Source: Mobula birostris
Lineage: Eukaryota
Length of the DNA stretch: 64,000 nt
NCBI RefSeq assembly: GCF_030028105.1
Contig: NC_092382.1
Coordinates: 98,224,699 to 98,288,698, forward strand
Direction of reading: 5' to 3'
The notes below the pieces were generated by a model. The model was given only the letters and a program-made list of their open reading frames with translations. It was not told the origin of the DNA and made no database searches. The translations under genes and the position numbers were made by a program. Shown here in pieces: positions 32,650 through 45,720 of the stretch. Numbering within the stretch: the first letter of the stretch is position 1; every line of letters starts with the position of its first letter.

Positions 32650-33290
32650 GAGGCCATCCGATGAGGAGCCCTTGAAAATCAATCCATACGTCATGGTGCA
32701 GGGCAACGTCGGGATTAGAATTTTTCAGGTGTATTAATTGCTTTGATGGCGGTCCTGTCAGTGCTAACGCCCCTGTATCACCTTCCAGAGAATGAAGAGA
32801 GCATGGCCTGGGTGATGGAGAGCACTGATGATGGATTTCGCTTTTCTGCTACTGCGTTCCTTGTAGATGCAGTCAATAATGAGAAGGGTTTTACCCCTGA
32901 TGGACTGGGCTGTATTCACATTACTTTAAAAGAATATTTTCTTTACAGCTGGTACAGGAACCCATACAATGGTTGCATAACCGTGACCTCAGTACGGGTT
33001 CCGCTGCCGCTTCAGCAGCTTAAAAAGACTCCGCACTGATCTCCTCCTGCCGCTGAACCCTGCATGCGGGACCTGTGCTGCGCCGGCCCGCACAGCGTCT
33101 CCCGCACCCACGTTCAGGTGCCTCTCTGATGAGGTGACACACCATCTGTTTCGCCTGATGTACCCGGTTTCGCCTGCTGTACCCGGTGTTGCCAGTGCAG
33201 TGACGCCTCCACCTCTTCGGTGAGATCCGAATGATTATAGGGGAACGTTTCTGCGAGTCCCTCGGCACCGTCGTGCGCAATAGTTAGAAC
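32650..33290 (-). mobile_element. Rex1/Babar-like LINE 3' fragment
   Basis: Degenerate text resembling HPGHALFS.LPSGRRYR (CCAGGCCATGCTCTCTTCA..GAAGGTGATACAGG). Recognised by eye. Confidence 0.5.
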
Positions 33291-34781
33291 TGCCTCTGGT
33301 CAGCAAATCTACTCCATCTTCCTATTCCCATACTGAGAGTTTATTCCTTAAATATTAATTATACTTACAAATCGAGCGCCGCCCCAACAAATATCAGAGA
33401 ATGCGCTTTAACCGTAAATTAATCAAGGAACAATTTACAAAAAGTAATTAACCAACCGGACAGCTCTTTAAAGTGTGGAAAGACAGATGGTGAATACGAG
33501 CACATTGAACGAGTGGGACACACAGATTGTCCTTACCGAGAACACTGCAATTGATCTCAGAACTCCGACCCTAACCGTTAGGTTAAGAGCCTGACCACGG
33601 TCTTTGCTGCTGGAATGATATTTTTAGGGGAAACAGTTCGTATTCTGTCTGGGTAGTATACTACCTACGGGTATGAACAGCGATTTCTCCAGCACCAACT
33701 CCTTTGTCCTCACTCACTACTCTCTCCTGTTCCATCAACGTTCCTGGTTCCCCTCTCGTTTCTTGTTATCAGCTCACTTACCCATCTTCTCCTCCGGTGA
33801 ACCCCCTTCCTCGCTTTCGTGTACTAGCCAGTGTCCTCAGGTTCCCACATCTATGTTCTCGTACAGTTTCCGCCGATCACCGCTCAGTTTCCTACATCAC
33901 CCCGCCCGATCCTACACTGTCCATCACTTACTTTCACACAGCCCCCCCCCCCCCGCGTCAGTAGTTAATCCACCTCATCGTACCCTGAACCGGCCCCTTG
34001 ACCTTTCCAATCCAGAAAAAGTCTCTCCAAAGTGTCAGCTGTTCATTCTCTTCATTGGAACATGACAGCACCAGAGCAGTCCCGTCGCCCCACAAAGTCG
34101 CACTGTACCAGTTGGATAAGTAACCTAATGACTAACCAATCTTATCTGCTTGAATTATCAGCATGTCCTTCCATTTTCCTCAGAGGCACATGTCTGTATC
34201 AGCAGCTCCTCAATGTCTCCCCTCCTTGTGTTCCCACCACCACACCAGGAAGTGCATCCCATGCACCCACTACTCTCTGTGTAAAGGTCTTGCTCTTTAG
34301 AGTTCATTTGAAATTAGCGCCCGAAGATCCTCCGGCGCCTTGCGTAAGTTAAATTGTTTGTGTCGTCCGCAAGATTATTAGTCAACTCATTCACATGCAT
34401 CCAAGTTATTTATATGTCTCACAAATCCCGGAACAACTCACTGTCGAACTTATTCTACAGACTGTTATTTCTCCTTTGTAATTAAAATGCGATTCCCGGG
34501 TGACAACATTGAAATCTCGGCATTGTCGACTGCCATCTTCTGCTGGCATACGAATCTACTTTTCTTTTATGTTTACATAGTGTTATCAAAAACCAGAGGG
34601 GTCATAGTCATAGACTTACCTGCCTGGGAGATATTACCGTATTTCTCAACCGTTTCGAAGCAACAGACACTGAACTGCCGTATTACTTTGACACAGTTAT
34701 GATTTCTGTGACCACAGTTTCAACCCATCTGCACTTTTACCGAGCCTCCTTCAACATCTCCAACTCCATCACGTGCCATTC

Positions 34782-35040
34782 GCCCTTCAATTTATAATAA
34801 CCAGTGGTCCCAGTAGCCCTTCAATTTATAATAACCAGTGGTCCCAGTAGCCCTTCAATTTATAATAACCAGTGGTCCCAGTAGCCCTTCAATTTATAAT
34901 AACCAGTGGTCCCAGTAGCCCTTCAATTTATAATAACCAGTGGTCCCAGTAGCCCTTCAATTTATAATAACCAGTGGTCCCAGTAGCCCTTCAATTTATA
35001 ATAACCAGTGGTCCCAGTAGCCCTTCAATTTATAATAACC
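34782..35040. repeat. Perfect 34-bp minisatellite, 7 full copies + 21 nt
   Basis: Unit GCCCTTCAATTTATAATAACCAGTGGTCCCAGTA starts at 34782, 34816, ... 35020. Confidence 0.97.
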
Positions 35041-35082
35041 TACCAGATAAAATGGGGCATATTGGGTGGTATGGGAGAAGTG

Positions 35083-35996
35083 TCACCGAGGATTAATGCA
35101 ATCCTGACAACGCCGAATGAACTTTGCCATGAGGCGTAAGGGTGATTTCACCGTCTCCTTCAGCTGCACCCTGAACCTGGCCTGGACCACGGCGTAAAGG
35201 AACGTGTTGGTGCAGCAGCTGAGGAGCTGCAGCATGTAGCCCAGCTCCCGCAGAGAACTCGGGGGAATCGAATCAAAGCTCTCCCATATGGAATACACCG
35301 TCAGCAGCGCCCACAGCAGGATGAAATTCCCCGACATAACCAGCAGTAAGAGGAGGGCTTGCCTGCGGTTCTTCAACTCCGGGTCGGCGGGCATTTCGCC
35401 ATCCCGCGAACCACGGAGTCTCCTCCGGGCTCGGCTGGCGAGGAAGACGTGTCTGATGGTTAAACTATTGAGCAGGAGTATCAGGACAAAGGGGAATATT
35501 GGGGTGAGGAGGAAATGAATCAGTCGAAATGTTGCCAGCTGAGAAATGGAAAATGAACGGTTACTGGTATAGCAGAGCAAGGACCGATCTAATGCGGAAT
35601 ATGACTCATCGAGCATAAAGTACCAGAATATGTTCTTTACGCAGCTCAGCACAGTCATTGTCCCCAGAACCAGAGCCGCCGCTCTCCCGGTGCAGTATCT
35701 TCGTTTCAGCTCCTGAAAACAAATGGCGACAAACCGATCAAAGGTGAAAGTGACGGTGAACCAGACAGAACAGTCCGTGGCGGCGTAGAACACAACGGCG
35801 TGGATATTACACACGGGAGCACGATGTGACCAGTAGAGAAACTCCATTGGCACGTTAGTCATCGGAATCTTGTTCAATACCAGATCGAAGAGAACGACGA
35901 GCTGATCCGCTGCTACCATGGCAACCAGGTACCTTGTGACGCCTTTGGAGAGACCGCACTTTCCCCGCGACAGGATGACGATTGTCACAACGTTCA
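35083..35996 (-). CDS. GPR139-like GPCR copy B, exon 2
   Basis: AG acceptor, 304 codons to stop. In-frame 4-aa deletion in ECL3 relative to A and C. Protein is 364 aa. Confidence 0.93.
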
Positions 35997-38712
35997 CTGT
36001 GCGGACGGAAATATAGAAGATTAATACACTTTCGGATGGAAACTTTCTCTGAAAGCAATTATTTTAATCGATAGCCCTCCCAAGAGCAGAGATGAACATG
36101 GAATTAATGTAACTATGAAGGAGATTATCAGGATCATTATTAAATTGGTAGTAATTGCAATGCACCTGCTGAAGTTCAGAAGGATGAGAGGAGTGTCACT
36201 GAAACTTATTGAACATTGAAAGGCCGAGATATCGTGGACGCGGAGAGGGTTGCTTCTGTCGTGGGGGAGTCTACAACCTGAAGACGAGGCTTCACAATAA
36301 AAAGACATCCCTTTAGGACGGAGATGGGTCGTAATTTCTTCAGACCGAGACAGGTGAATGTGTGGAATTCAGCGGCACAGACGGTTCTGGGGTAAGTTCA
36401 TTGGAACCATTGGCAGAGGAGAGTGATGGGTGCTTTATTCATCAGGCTGCCGATGGCTACGGGGCTGGGCGCCAGAATGTGGTTGAGTGCGATAATGAAT
36501 CAGCTACACGGAATGGCGGCGAAAGCTCGGTGCTCGGCTGGTCGAATTTAGCTTCTGAGCTTTATGGGCAAAGCAGTGATAGCAATCGATGCCTGAAACG
36601 TATTCTGATCTTTAGCACCAGGAGAACGAGTTGCAAACGGGAAGTGTTAGGAGAGTAATGAACGAATTAATGTACCAAGTACCACGGTGACAGAAATTCA
36701 ACTCCCCTCAGCTGTAAACACGAGAGAAAGTGAGAATATAAGAACATTAATAGTAGGATCAGGAATAGTCCATCTGTTCGGACTGGCATGATCTGACAAT
36801 GAAGAAGATCATGGCTGATCTGACCATGGACTCATCGCCGCATACCTACCTTTTCCTCATAGCCCTTAATTCGTCTACTATGCAAAATCAGTGGCAGCCG
36901 GTCTGAAATATATTTATTGAAGTTGCCTCCAGTGCTGCACTGAGCAGAGAATTCCACAATTCACCGGCCTCTGAGAGAAGAAATTCCTCCTCAACACGGT
37001 CCTAAGTTCAGTCCGCAGAATCCTCAGGCTATGCCCCGTAGTTCTAACCTCGCCTACCAGTGGAAACAACTTTCCGGCGGCTATCTTATCTATCCATTCC
37101 ATAATTTTAGTTGTTTCTAGCGACTTCCTTTCATTCTTCTGAGTTCCAGCGAGTACTATGCCCATCGAAACAATTTCCCCACATAGCCGAACCACCTCAG
37201 CTCTGCAATCAACTGGTGAACCGCCTGCACAGCCAGCTTACCCATCCTCAAGTCGGGAGACCAGAACTGCACTGTACTCCAAATGCCTCCTCAATAGTTC
37301 CTTGTCCAGCTGCAGCACATCCTCCCTACTCTTAAACTCAATTCCTCTGACAACAAAGGCTAACATCCTATTTACTTTCTTGACAGTCTGCTGCACCTGC
37401 AAACCAAACTTTTGTGATTCAAGCACAAGTACTCCAACGCCCCTCCGCACAGCAGCATACTGCAATCGTTTACCACGTAAATAATATTCTGTTCTTACAA
37501 TTGTCCTTCCCATTCGATAACCTCGCATTTACCAACTTTGCACTCCATCTGCCAGACGCTGCTGCATTCGCTGAACATATTAATATCCCTCTGCATGTTG
37601 TCAGTTTCCTCTGCACTCTTTGTGGCGTCGGTAGATCATGGCAGTGATGATGCCCACGTACCCTTATGCTTTTTAACTGGTGAGACGTTGGAGTATTACA
37701 TAACTGGTGGGTATCTTGTGACTGTCTTGTGACCATGATGTAGTTCAGTGCCTTGTAAGATTAGGAAGGTTTGTGCAATGTTCATTCGCCAGGACAAGGT
37801 CAGTTTATTTAAACCATTTGATTTCCTTCGCTGTGAATCTATTGGACAGAATCAGAAGTAACGTCACGTCTCGAAGACAGCCGTTTCCAGAGACATCTCT
37901 CCTGATTGACTGTGTAAATCACTTGGGCTTTCGAAGTTACCATTTTAATACCGTGTTCGAATTTACCACTTTAAGAACTGTTCCGGGGTTGTCGCATAGC
38001 AGTTAACTGCTGGTTAAGTTAGTCATTTGAATAGTTTTCGCTATTGCTGACCAGAATGTATTACATGTTTGTTTGTTTGTTTATAAAATCTGACACAATT
38101 ATATATTTGTGTTGCGAGTGACGTGACATAAGCTATTTGTTTGTTTATTAATTTATTTTTAAATTAATTCTGCTAATACTCTATTCTGCCAACATATTTA
38201 CCCTACCTAAAAGAACGTCTCTCATTTACCTATGTTGAACTCCAAGTTTTGCATCCTCTCAAACTCCAGCTGTAACCTCTGACAGCCCTCCACACTGTCC
38301 ACAGCGCCCCCAATCTTCTTTCATTACCAAATGTACTAACCCATCGCTCCACTTCCTCATCCAGGTCATTTATAAAAATCAGGAAGAGTAGGAGTTCCAG
38401 AACAGATTCCTGAACCACACCACTGGTCAACAACCTCAATGCAGAATATGACAGTCTACAACAACACTTTGCCTTCTGTGGATAAGCCATTTCTGTATCG
38501 GCATAGCAATGTCCCCTTGGATGACATGCCTCCTAAATTTCACAATAAGACTTGCATGGGGTACCTTATCAAATACACTCAGCCGATGTTTGCTGAAGCG
38601 ATACCGGTTGGAAAGACCTGTCTTGCAATTAGCGAGTCGTTAGAATACAGGATGAATGAGAAGCTAAATTCTATTTTTCAACATAATCATGAGGAAGAGA
38701 CGAAACACTTAC

Positions 38713-38893
38713 CAAGAAGAGCTACGATTGTGAGTGCAGGGTAGTAAAACTCTTTGACTCTCCGAAGGAGGAGACTGATTCGAGTGTCCAAAATCAGCCA
38801 TTGGTAATCATCAACAAGATGTGGATACAGCAAGAAAACGTACTTCGCAATTTCTGTAGCATTGGGCGATGCAGTTCCAGGATTATAATCCAT
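38713..38893 (-). CDS. GPR139-like GPCR copy B, exon 1
   Basis: MDYNPGT...YYPALTIVALL G|GTAAGT, 181 nt. Confidence 0.88.
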
Positions 38894-39372
38894 TGCTGGG
38901 ATTCGTGTTCCCGATCCAGCCTCTGTCTTCTCTCTGCCTGCAGCCTCTGGTCTCTGATAGCGTAGACCGGCGGCTCTCTCTGAAACTGTGGTTGTGAGGG
39001 AGACATATTAATAGAAAAGATAACCAGCAGCCACACCTCCGCGGTGACGTCGACAATCTCTACGGACACTTCCTTCATTAAACTCTCCGGAATGACAGGT
39101 GCAATTAACCCTTTATTTGCAGGCCGTCAGAGAAGCGATACCAAAGCAGATTCCAAGGTATACAATAATCCCACCAGTCGGCTGTCCACAGATGCGTGCC
39201 CTGTCTGTAGATGGACACAAAACTGAGAAACTTTTTGACACACAGCTGGACACTGATATACAACCAGACTGAAAAGGAAGGTACACGCAGCAAATAAAAA
39301 GAAAACTATAATGATATACACAGTTTAAAATAATTATTGCATAGATAGTTCTTAAAAAATTATAGTTGTATA

Positions 39373-41000
39373 CAGTGGCATGCAATGGTTTGGGCACCCT
39401 GGTCAAAATTTGTGACCCTGTAATAGCTCAGCGAGTACAAGGTGTCCTGATTTCCAAAAAAGCATAAAGTTAAAGATGACAGATTTCTTCAATAACTGAA
39501 GCAGGATTACTTTATATTTTTCCCATCCTTTACTGTTACAAAATAACAAACATGGAAAAGGTTCTGAAGCAAACGTTTGCGCACCCTGCATGGTCAGTAC
39601 TTGGTACTCCCCCTTTGGCAAGTATCAAAACTTGTGAACGCTTTTCGTAGCCGGACAAGTGTCTTTCAATGATGTTTGGGGATTTTCGTCTACTCTTCCT
39701 TGTAAAAGGATTCTAGTTCTGTGAGATTCTTGCGCCGTCTTGTATGCACTGTTTTTTTGAGGTTTATCTAAAGATTTTCGATGATATTGTGGTCGGCGGA
39801 CTGCAAGGGGCATGGTAAAACCTTCAGCTTGCGCCTCTTGAGGTAGTCTATTGTGGATTTTGAGGTGTGTTTCGGATCATTATCGTGTTGCAGAAGTCAT
39901 CCTTTTTTGATCAGTAGCTTTTGAATAGACGGTGTGATGTTAGTTTCCAGAATTTGCTGGTATTTAATTGAATTCATTCCTCCCTCTACCAGTGAAATGT
40001 TGGCCGTGCTGTTGCTGCATCAAAATCCCAAATCATGATTGACTCACCCCCGTGCTTAACGGTTGCAGTGGTGTTATTTTCATGAAATTCCTCACTCTCT
40101 TTTTCTCCAAACATACCTTTGCTCATTGCGACCGGTAAGTTAAATTTTAACATCATCAGTCCAAAGTACTTGTTTCCAAAATGCATCAGGCTTGTTAAGA
40201 TGTGCCTTTGCAAACTTCTCACGCTGAGTTTCGTGGTGAGGACGCAGGAAAGTTTTTTTTTTTTTTCTGCTGACTCTTCCATGAAGGTCACATGTGTGCA
40301 TGTGTTGCTGGACAGAAGAACAGTGCACCCCCACTGCAGAGTCTGCGAAATCTTCCTGAAGGTCTTTTGCAGTCAACTGGGGAATTTAATTTGCTTTTTT
40401 TTTTCGCAATCCTACGAGCAGTCTCTCAGATAGTTATCTTGTTCTTCCAGACCTCAACTTGACCTCCACCGTTTCTGTTAACTGCCATTTCTTAATTGCA
40501 TTACGAACTGAGGAAACGGCTACATGAACATGCTTTGCTATCTTCTTTTAGCCTTACACTGCTTTGAGGGCATCATTTATTTTTATTTTCGGAGGGCTTG
40601 GAAGCTGCTTAGAGGAGTCCATGCCTGCTGATTGTTTGGACAATGTTTGAGGAGTCGGGTTATTTCAAAGGCTTTGAAATTTGCATTCCCTGGCCTTTCC
40701 CAACGATGACCGTGAACAAACCAGAGCCCTAAAAGATAATTAAGGTCTGAGACCTTGGTAAAAGTGTTCAAAGAGCTCAAATCTCTAGGTGTACCCAAAC
40801 TTCTGCATGATGCTCTTTTTCCTTTATCTTCACTCGAAAATTGATCAAAGCAAAAAATACACGAACCTTGCTTCAAATGTTGAAAAGAATGATTCATCTG
40901 TAACTTTATGAATTCTGGAGATCAGTTCATCTTCGACTCACTGAACGTTTCACTGTAGCAGACATTTTGACCGGGATCCTCAAATATTCGCATACCAGTG
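39373..41000 (-). mobile_element. Full-length but degenerate Tc1/mariner transposon (1628 bp, TA target duplication)
   Basis: TA-CAGTGGCATGC..GGTCAAAAT and ATTTTGACC..GCATACCAGTG-TA imperfect TIRs. Transposase remnants AFWKQVLWTDDVKI and VKHGGESIMIW. Empty site in copy C at ~55620. Confidence 0.9.
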
Positions 41001-41499
41001 TAGGTAGATTGAAAATGATATCGAGTTTGATAATTTCAAAATAATGATTTTTTAGAAAAAAGAGTTTTTACCAGCGGGCAATCGCGTCTCCCTGTGATTT
41101 AGGAGGAGAGGACAGCACAGGTATAAAAGGCAACAGCGGGTCCTTAGATTGAGAAGCAGGTTTGATTAGCGACCAGGAGGCGTTTGTGGTTGAGCTGCAA
41201 GAGGAAGGCAGGGTCAGATGCAGTGGCCATCGTCTGAATGGGCCGCGAAGCAGGTGATCTTCAGGCTTCTGCTCGCCGAGGCGTCAGCTCAGGATACAAA
41301 GCAGGCAAAGAAAAGGAAAGCACTCGGCTAAGTCTTTTGTTCCTTCCCTTCTATATATCTGATCAGATAGGATAACAGAGAAGCCAGGCAGGATAGTTAA
41401 ATGCTCCTCTTGCGGCATCTGGGGAGCCATAGAGAACTCCAGTAACCCTGACGACGACAGCTGCGAGAGCTGCGTTCAGCTGCAGCTTCTGACAATCCG

Positions 41500-42310
41500 C
41501 GTTAACATAGAACATAGAACATAGAACGTAGTATAGTACAGTACAGTACAGGCCCTTCAGCACACAATGTTGTGCCGACCCTCAAATCCTGCCTCCCATA
41601 TAACCCCCCACCTTAAATTCCTCCATATACCTGTCTAGTAGTCTCTTAAACTTCACCAGTGTATCTGCCTCCACCACTGACTCAGGCAGTGCATTCTACG
41701 CACCAAAAACTCTCTGAGTGAAAAACCTTCCTATAATATCGCTCTTGAACTTCCCACCCCTTACCTAAAAGCCATGTCCTCATGTATTGAGCAGTGGTGC
41801 CCTGGGGAAGAAGCGCTGTCTATCCACTCTATCTATTCCTCGTATTTCCTTGTACAGCTCTATCATGTCTCCTCTCACCCTCCTTCTCTCCAAAGAGTAA
41901 AGCCCTAGCTCCCTTAATCTCTGATCATAATGCGTACTTTCTAAACCAGCCAGCATCCTGGCCAATCTCCTCGGTACCCTTTCCAATGCTTCCACATCCT
42001 TCCTATAGTGAGACGACCAGAACTAAACACAGTACTCCAAGTGTGGACTAACCAGAGATTTATAGACCTGCATCGTTACATCACGACTCTTAAACTCCAT
42101 CCCCCGACTTATGAAAGATAACACACCATAAGCTTTCTTAACTACCCTTTCGACCTGTGAGGCAGTTTTCATGGATCTGGGTACGTGTACCCCCAGATCC
42201 CTCTGCCTCTCTGCACTACCATGTATCCTGCTATTTACTTTGTACTGTGCCTTGGAGTTTGTCCTTCCAAAGTGAACCACCTCACACTTGCCGGGTTGAA
42301 CTCCATCTGC
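41500..42310 (-). mobile_element. CR1 LINE 3' end with (TAGAACA)n-type tail
   Basis: ORFs 41780-41995 (LERVPRRLARMLAGLE..ERRRVRGD) and 42023-42313. Paralogous piece at 59030-59550. Confidence 0.85.
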
Positions 42311-44499
42311 CATTCAGGAGGTGGAGCTAGAACTGGACGAGCTGCAGATGATTCGAGAGGCTGAAGTGGTGATGGACAAGGCATATAGAGAGGCAGTTAC
42401 ACCCAGGGTGCAGGGCACAGGAGACTGTCTGACAGTCATGAAGGAAAAATGGCTGAAGGGGACAGGGCAGAGTTCTCTTCTCGACAACTCGCTCAACATT
42501 TTGGATACCGTCGCGGAGTTTGTGGGGCAGGAGAATCAGCTAACAGTGTTCAATCACAGTAGTCGGTCGCAGGCGCTTAGTTTGCCTCTGTAACTCAGAA
42601 GGAAAGAGTGCGTTGAGTGGTGACTGTCTGTGTGTCTGGGGTTGCGGGGGGCGGAAGCGTAGAAGTCACGATGTGGTGATAGGATATTCGATAGTGGTGC
42701 GGACAGGTGGTTCTGTCGCGACAACATCAGGGATATCTCGGATCGAGTCCTCACCACTCTTAAGTGGGAGTGTGATCTGCTCGAAATCGTAGCCTATTTA
42801 ATTACCAATGACATGTGTGTCATGAACGATGCTGTTCTGCACTGCCAGTGCGGGAGTTCAGAGCGAATTTAAAAGGGAGAACCACCAGGATCTGCTGCCC
42901 GTTCCACGTGCCTGTGAGGCCGTAAACAGGAAAGGCTTCCAGATTAATAGGTTTCTAAAGAGTTGCTTTTACATCCTAGTCCTCTGGAAATGGATGCTAA
43001 AATTGCATTTGTCTTCCTCACCTTTCTGCAAATTTTCCTGTAGGGAATCCTCCCAAAAGGCTCTGCACCTCTGATTATTTCTCCATTGTTAAAATAGAAC
43101 AGGCATAAACAAATTATATACAGTTTATGGTATGGGGAAGGATTTGTTTTCAAACACCAGTTCTCTGAAAGTGGATTGGAACATGAATTCGGCTCCCTTA
43201 GCACTGACTCAAACTGCAGATTTTCCTGTGGCTCTGCACTCTTATTTTCAATTCAAATATTCTTCCCAATTACGAAATAGTCCACGACTTTATTCCCTCT
43301 GCCAAAGAGTAAAACTGGGCACTTCCCTGCATCAAGTTCTTGATGCCAATTCTTTGCCTGTGGTCCTGTTTGTTAATTCCTTTTGCAAGCACCATGCTTC
43401 CTAATCTCTACCTGCCCTTCCATCTACCTTCGCATGTGTCTGAAACCCTGCCACAAAGCAATCAAACCCTTCATCCAAATCAATGACGTTCAACGCCAAT
43501 TATACGACGACTGATCAATGACTATACATGGGAAAATCCATAATAAGCGTCCGGATATAGTAACACAGGATAGACAAAGTATAACAACATATTCCATGGA
43601 TAAAGCCGTTGAGAACACAGATAACATACAGAAATCATAGTTGAAAAACACCACAATATGCTGAATCAAAAGAGGAAAGTGAAAGAGGATAGAACAGGAA
43701 TAGGGTATATATTATCCCAATAAGAATATTTACAACTAGTATGATCGCATTCATTGCAAAACAGCATTAAAATTAGCGCTACCGATGAAATATGTATAGA
43801 GATTTCAAGAATGCTGTAACACCAAGCACGTCTAAATATTCCGAAAGCTCCGAGCATTTGAGAAATGGGCGTGTTTGTTTCAGGTTTTATCAGTGGTGTG
43901 GTGAGTGTTGTTACCCACTTTCGCTCAGGAACCTGATGTTTGCGAGGTCGCAACTGCTCGTAACCCTGAATTAGGAATCCTGAAGCCTGACTCAAGTCCC
44001 TGGTTCAAGGGGGTTAAAAAAAAAAAAACAGGAAACATTCAGCAAAGTCTACCTGCGCCGTTGTCAAGAAAACACCCTTACTTCTTTAGCTCCTGAAAGG
44101 AAAAGGAAATTCGCTAGGTTACCTTTGACTCTCCCCAATATTTAAACCATCCTGTCCTTTGATAAACAGCATGGGGTCTGGCCACCCAGCCACAATAGTG
44201 CTAATAATGAGGTCGCAGAAAATAAATCTAGGGGGCATACTATGCTGTTACATAGAATATAAGCACCTGATGAAATCGATTGAAATCATTCTGCATGTCC
44301 TCTTGTTTAAAGCGGAGGTTACGAGGCTGTTGATCACAAAGGGTTTCAAAAGATACGGGAGGATTCAGGCAGAATATTGGGAAATGCCACCTGCATCCTC
44401 TCTGAAGCTTCCATGTGTTGTGTATAATAAACCGACCGGAACTGAACACAATGCTCCAAGTATGGTCTACTTAGAGTGTTATAGCGTTGTAACATTACC

Positions 44500-45720
44500 C
44501 TCTGTTCCGAGCTGGACTAGTGTCACACTAACCGCTGCTCAACATACTGTTCCAACTTGTAACTCAACAATCCACCTTTACACTGTCTCTTTCAGGTCAT
44601 TTACAAACATCAGAAAGAGCAGGATCCCGAGCACATCTCTTGGATATGCTCCATCGCCTGCAGTTCCTTACTCTCTGAGCAAGATGATTCCAAATTCAGG
44701 AAGCAAAGTTTCTATCGATCTTATGCCTTCAAAGTTTCTGGGTGTGCCTAATAAGGGTCATCATGACGAACGGTCCACTCAGTTCCATATACAGAGCATC
44801 CGCCACTGTACCGTCATGAATTTCTTTTGTCACCTCATCAAAAAATCATTCAGGGCGTATGAAATGATCCGCCCCTGATATAGCTGTCCTTAATTCAATT
44901 TCTCCAAATAGTCATTCAACCCTGCATTTGATCTGCTATTGGGAAATGAATCAGATCAGCTTTCAGATCTCTCGGTGGGAGAGCATTTTAGAGATACTGA
45001 CCACAACTCTATCTCCTTCACCAGAGCGCTGGAGAGGGATAGGAGCAGACAATTTTGGAAAGTATTTAATTGGGCTATGGGAAATATGATGCTATTAGGC
45101 AGGACTTTTGGAGCAGATTTTCTCAGGGAAATGCACAGCAGAACTACGGCAAAAGTTCAGAGAACACTTGAATGGAGTTTTACATAGGTATGTTCCATTG
45201 AGGTAGGGAAAATGTTGGTACTGTATACAACCATGTAAAACAATGGTGTATAAGATCTGTAGAAATTCTAGTTAAGAACAACGGAAAAGCTTACGAACAG
45301 ATCAAGAAAATAAGTACTGTTAAAGCTCTAGAAAATTGCAAGTTTGCAAGGATGGACCCTAATAATGGAATTAGGAGAGCCAGAAGGGGCCATGAGAGGA
45401 GCCCGGTGTGCAGGATAAAGGAAAACCCCGAGTCACGTGAAGAGCAAGAGGATGAGCCGCGAGAGAATAGGACCAATCAAGTGTGTCAGCGGAAAAGTGT
45501 GTATGGAGTCGGAGGAGGTACTTAGTAAATGATTTGTTTCAGTATTAAACAAGAAAAATGATCTTTGCCATTTTTGGGACGACTTACAGTAGACTGAAAC
45601 CTTTGACCATATAGACATTAAGAAAGAGGATGTGCTGGAGTTTTTCAAAAGCATTAAGTTAGAAAATTCACCGAGACCCGATGAGATATACCCCAGCCTG
45701 ATAGCCTCATTTCCCCCCTT
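44500..45720. mobile_element. CR1 LINE fragments (both orientations)
   Basis: VGEHFRDTDHNSISF..ERDR (44939-45187) and DVLEFFKSIKLE.SPRPDEIYP (~45620). Confidence 0.7.

Noticed and set aside
34782-35040. CRISPR-like array (34-bp repeats)
   Set aside because: The repeats are head-to-tail with no unique spacers, there are no cas genes and the context is vertebrate.
44159-44878. 239-aa plus-strand ORF as a host gene
   Set aside because: No recognisable domain. It overlaps antisense CR1 remnants and AT-rich repeat DNA.
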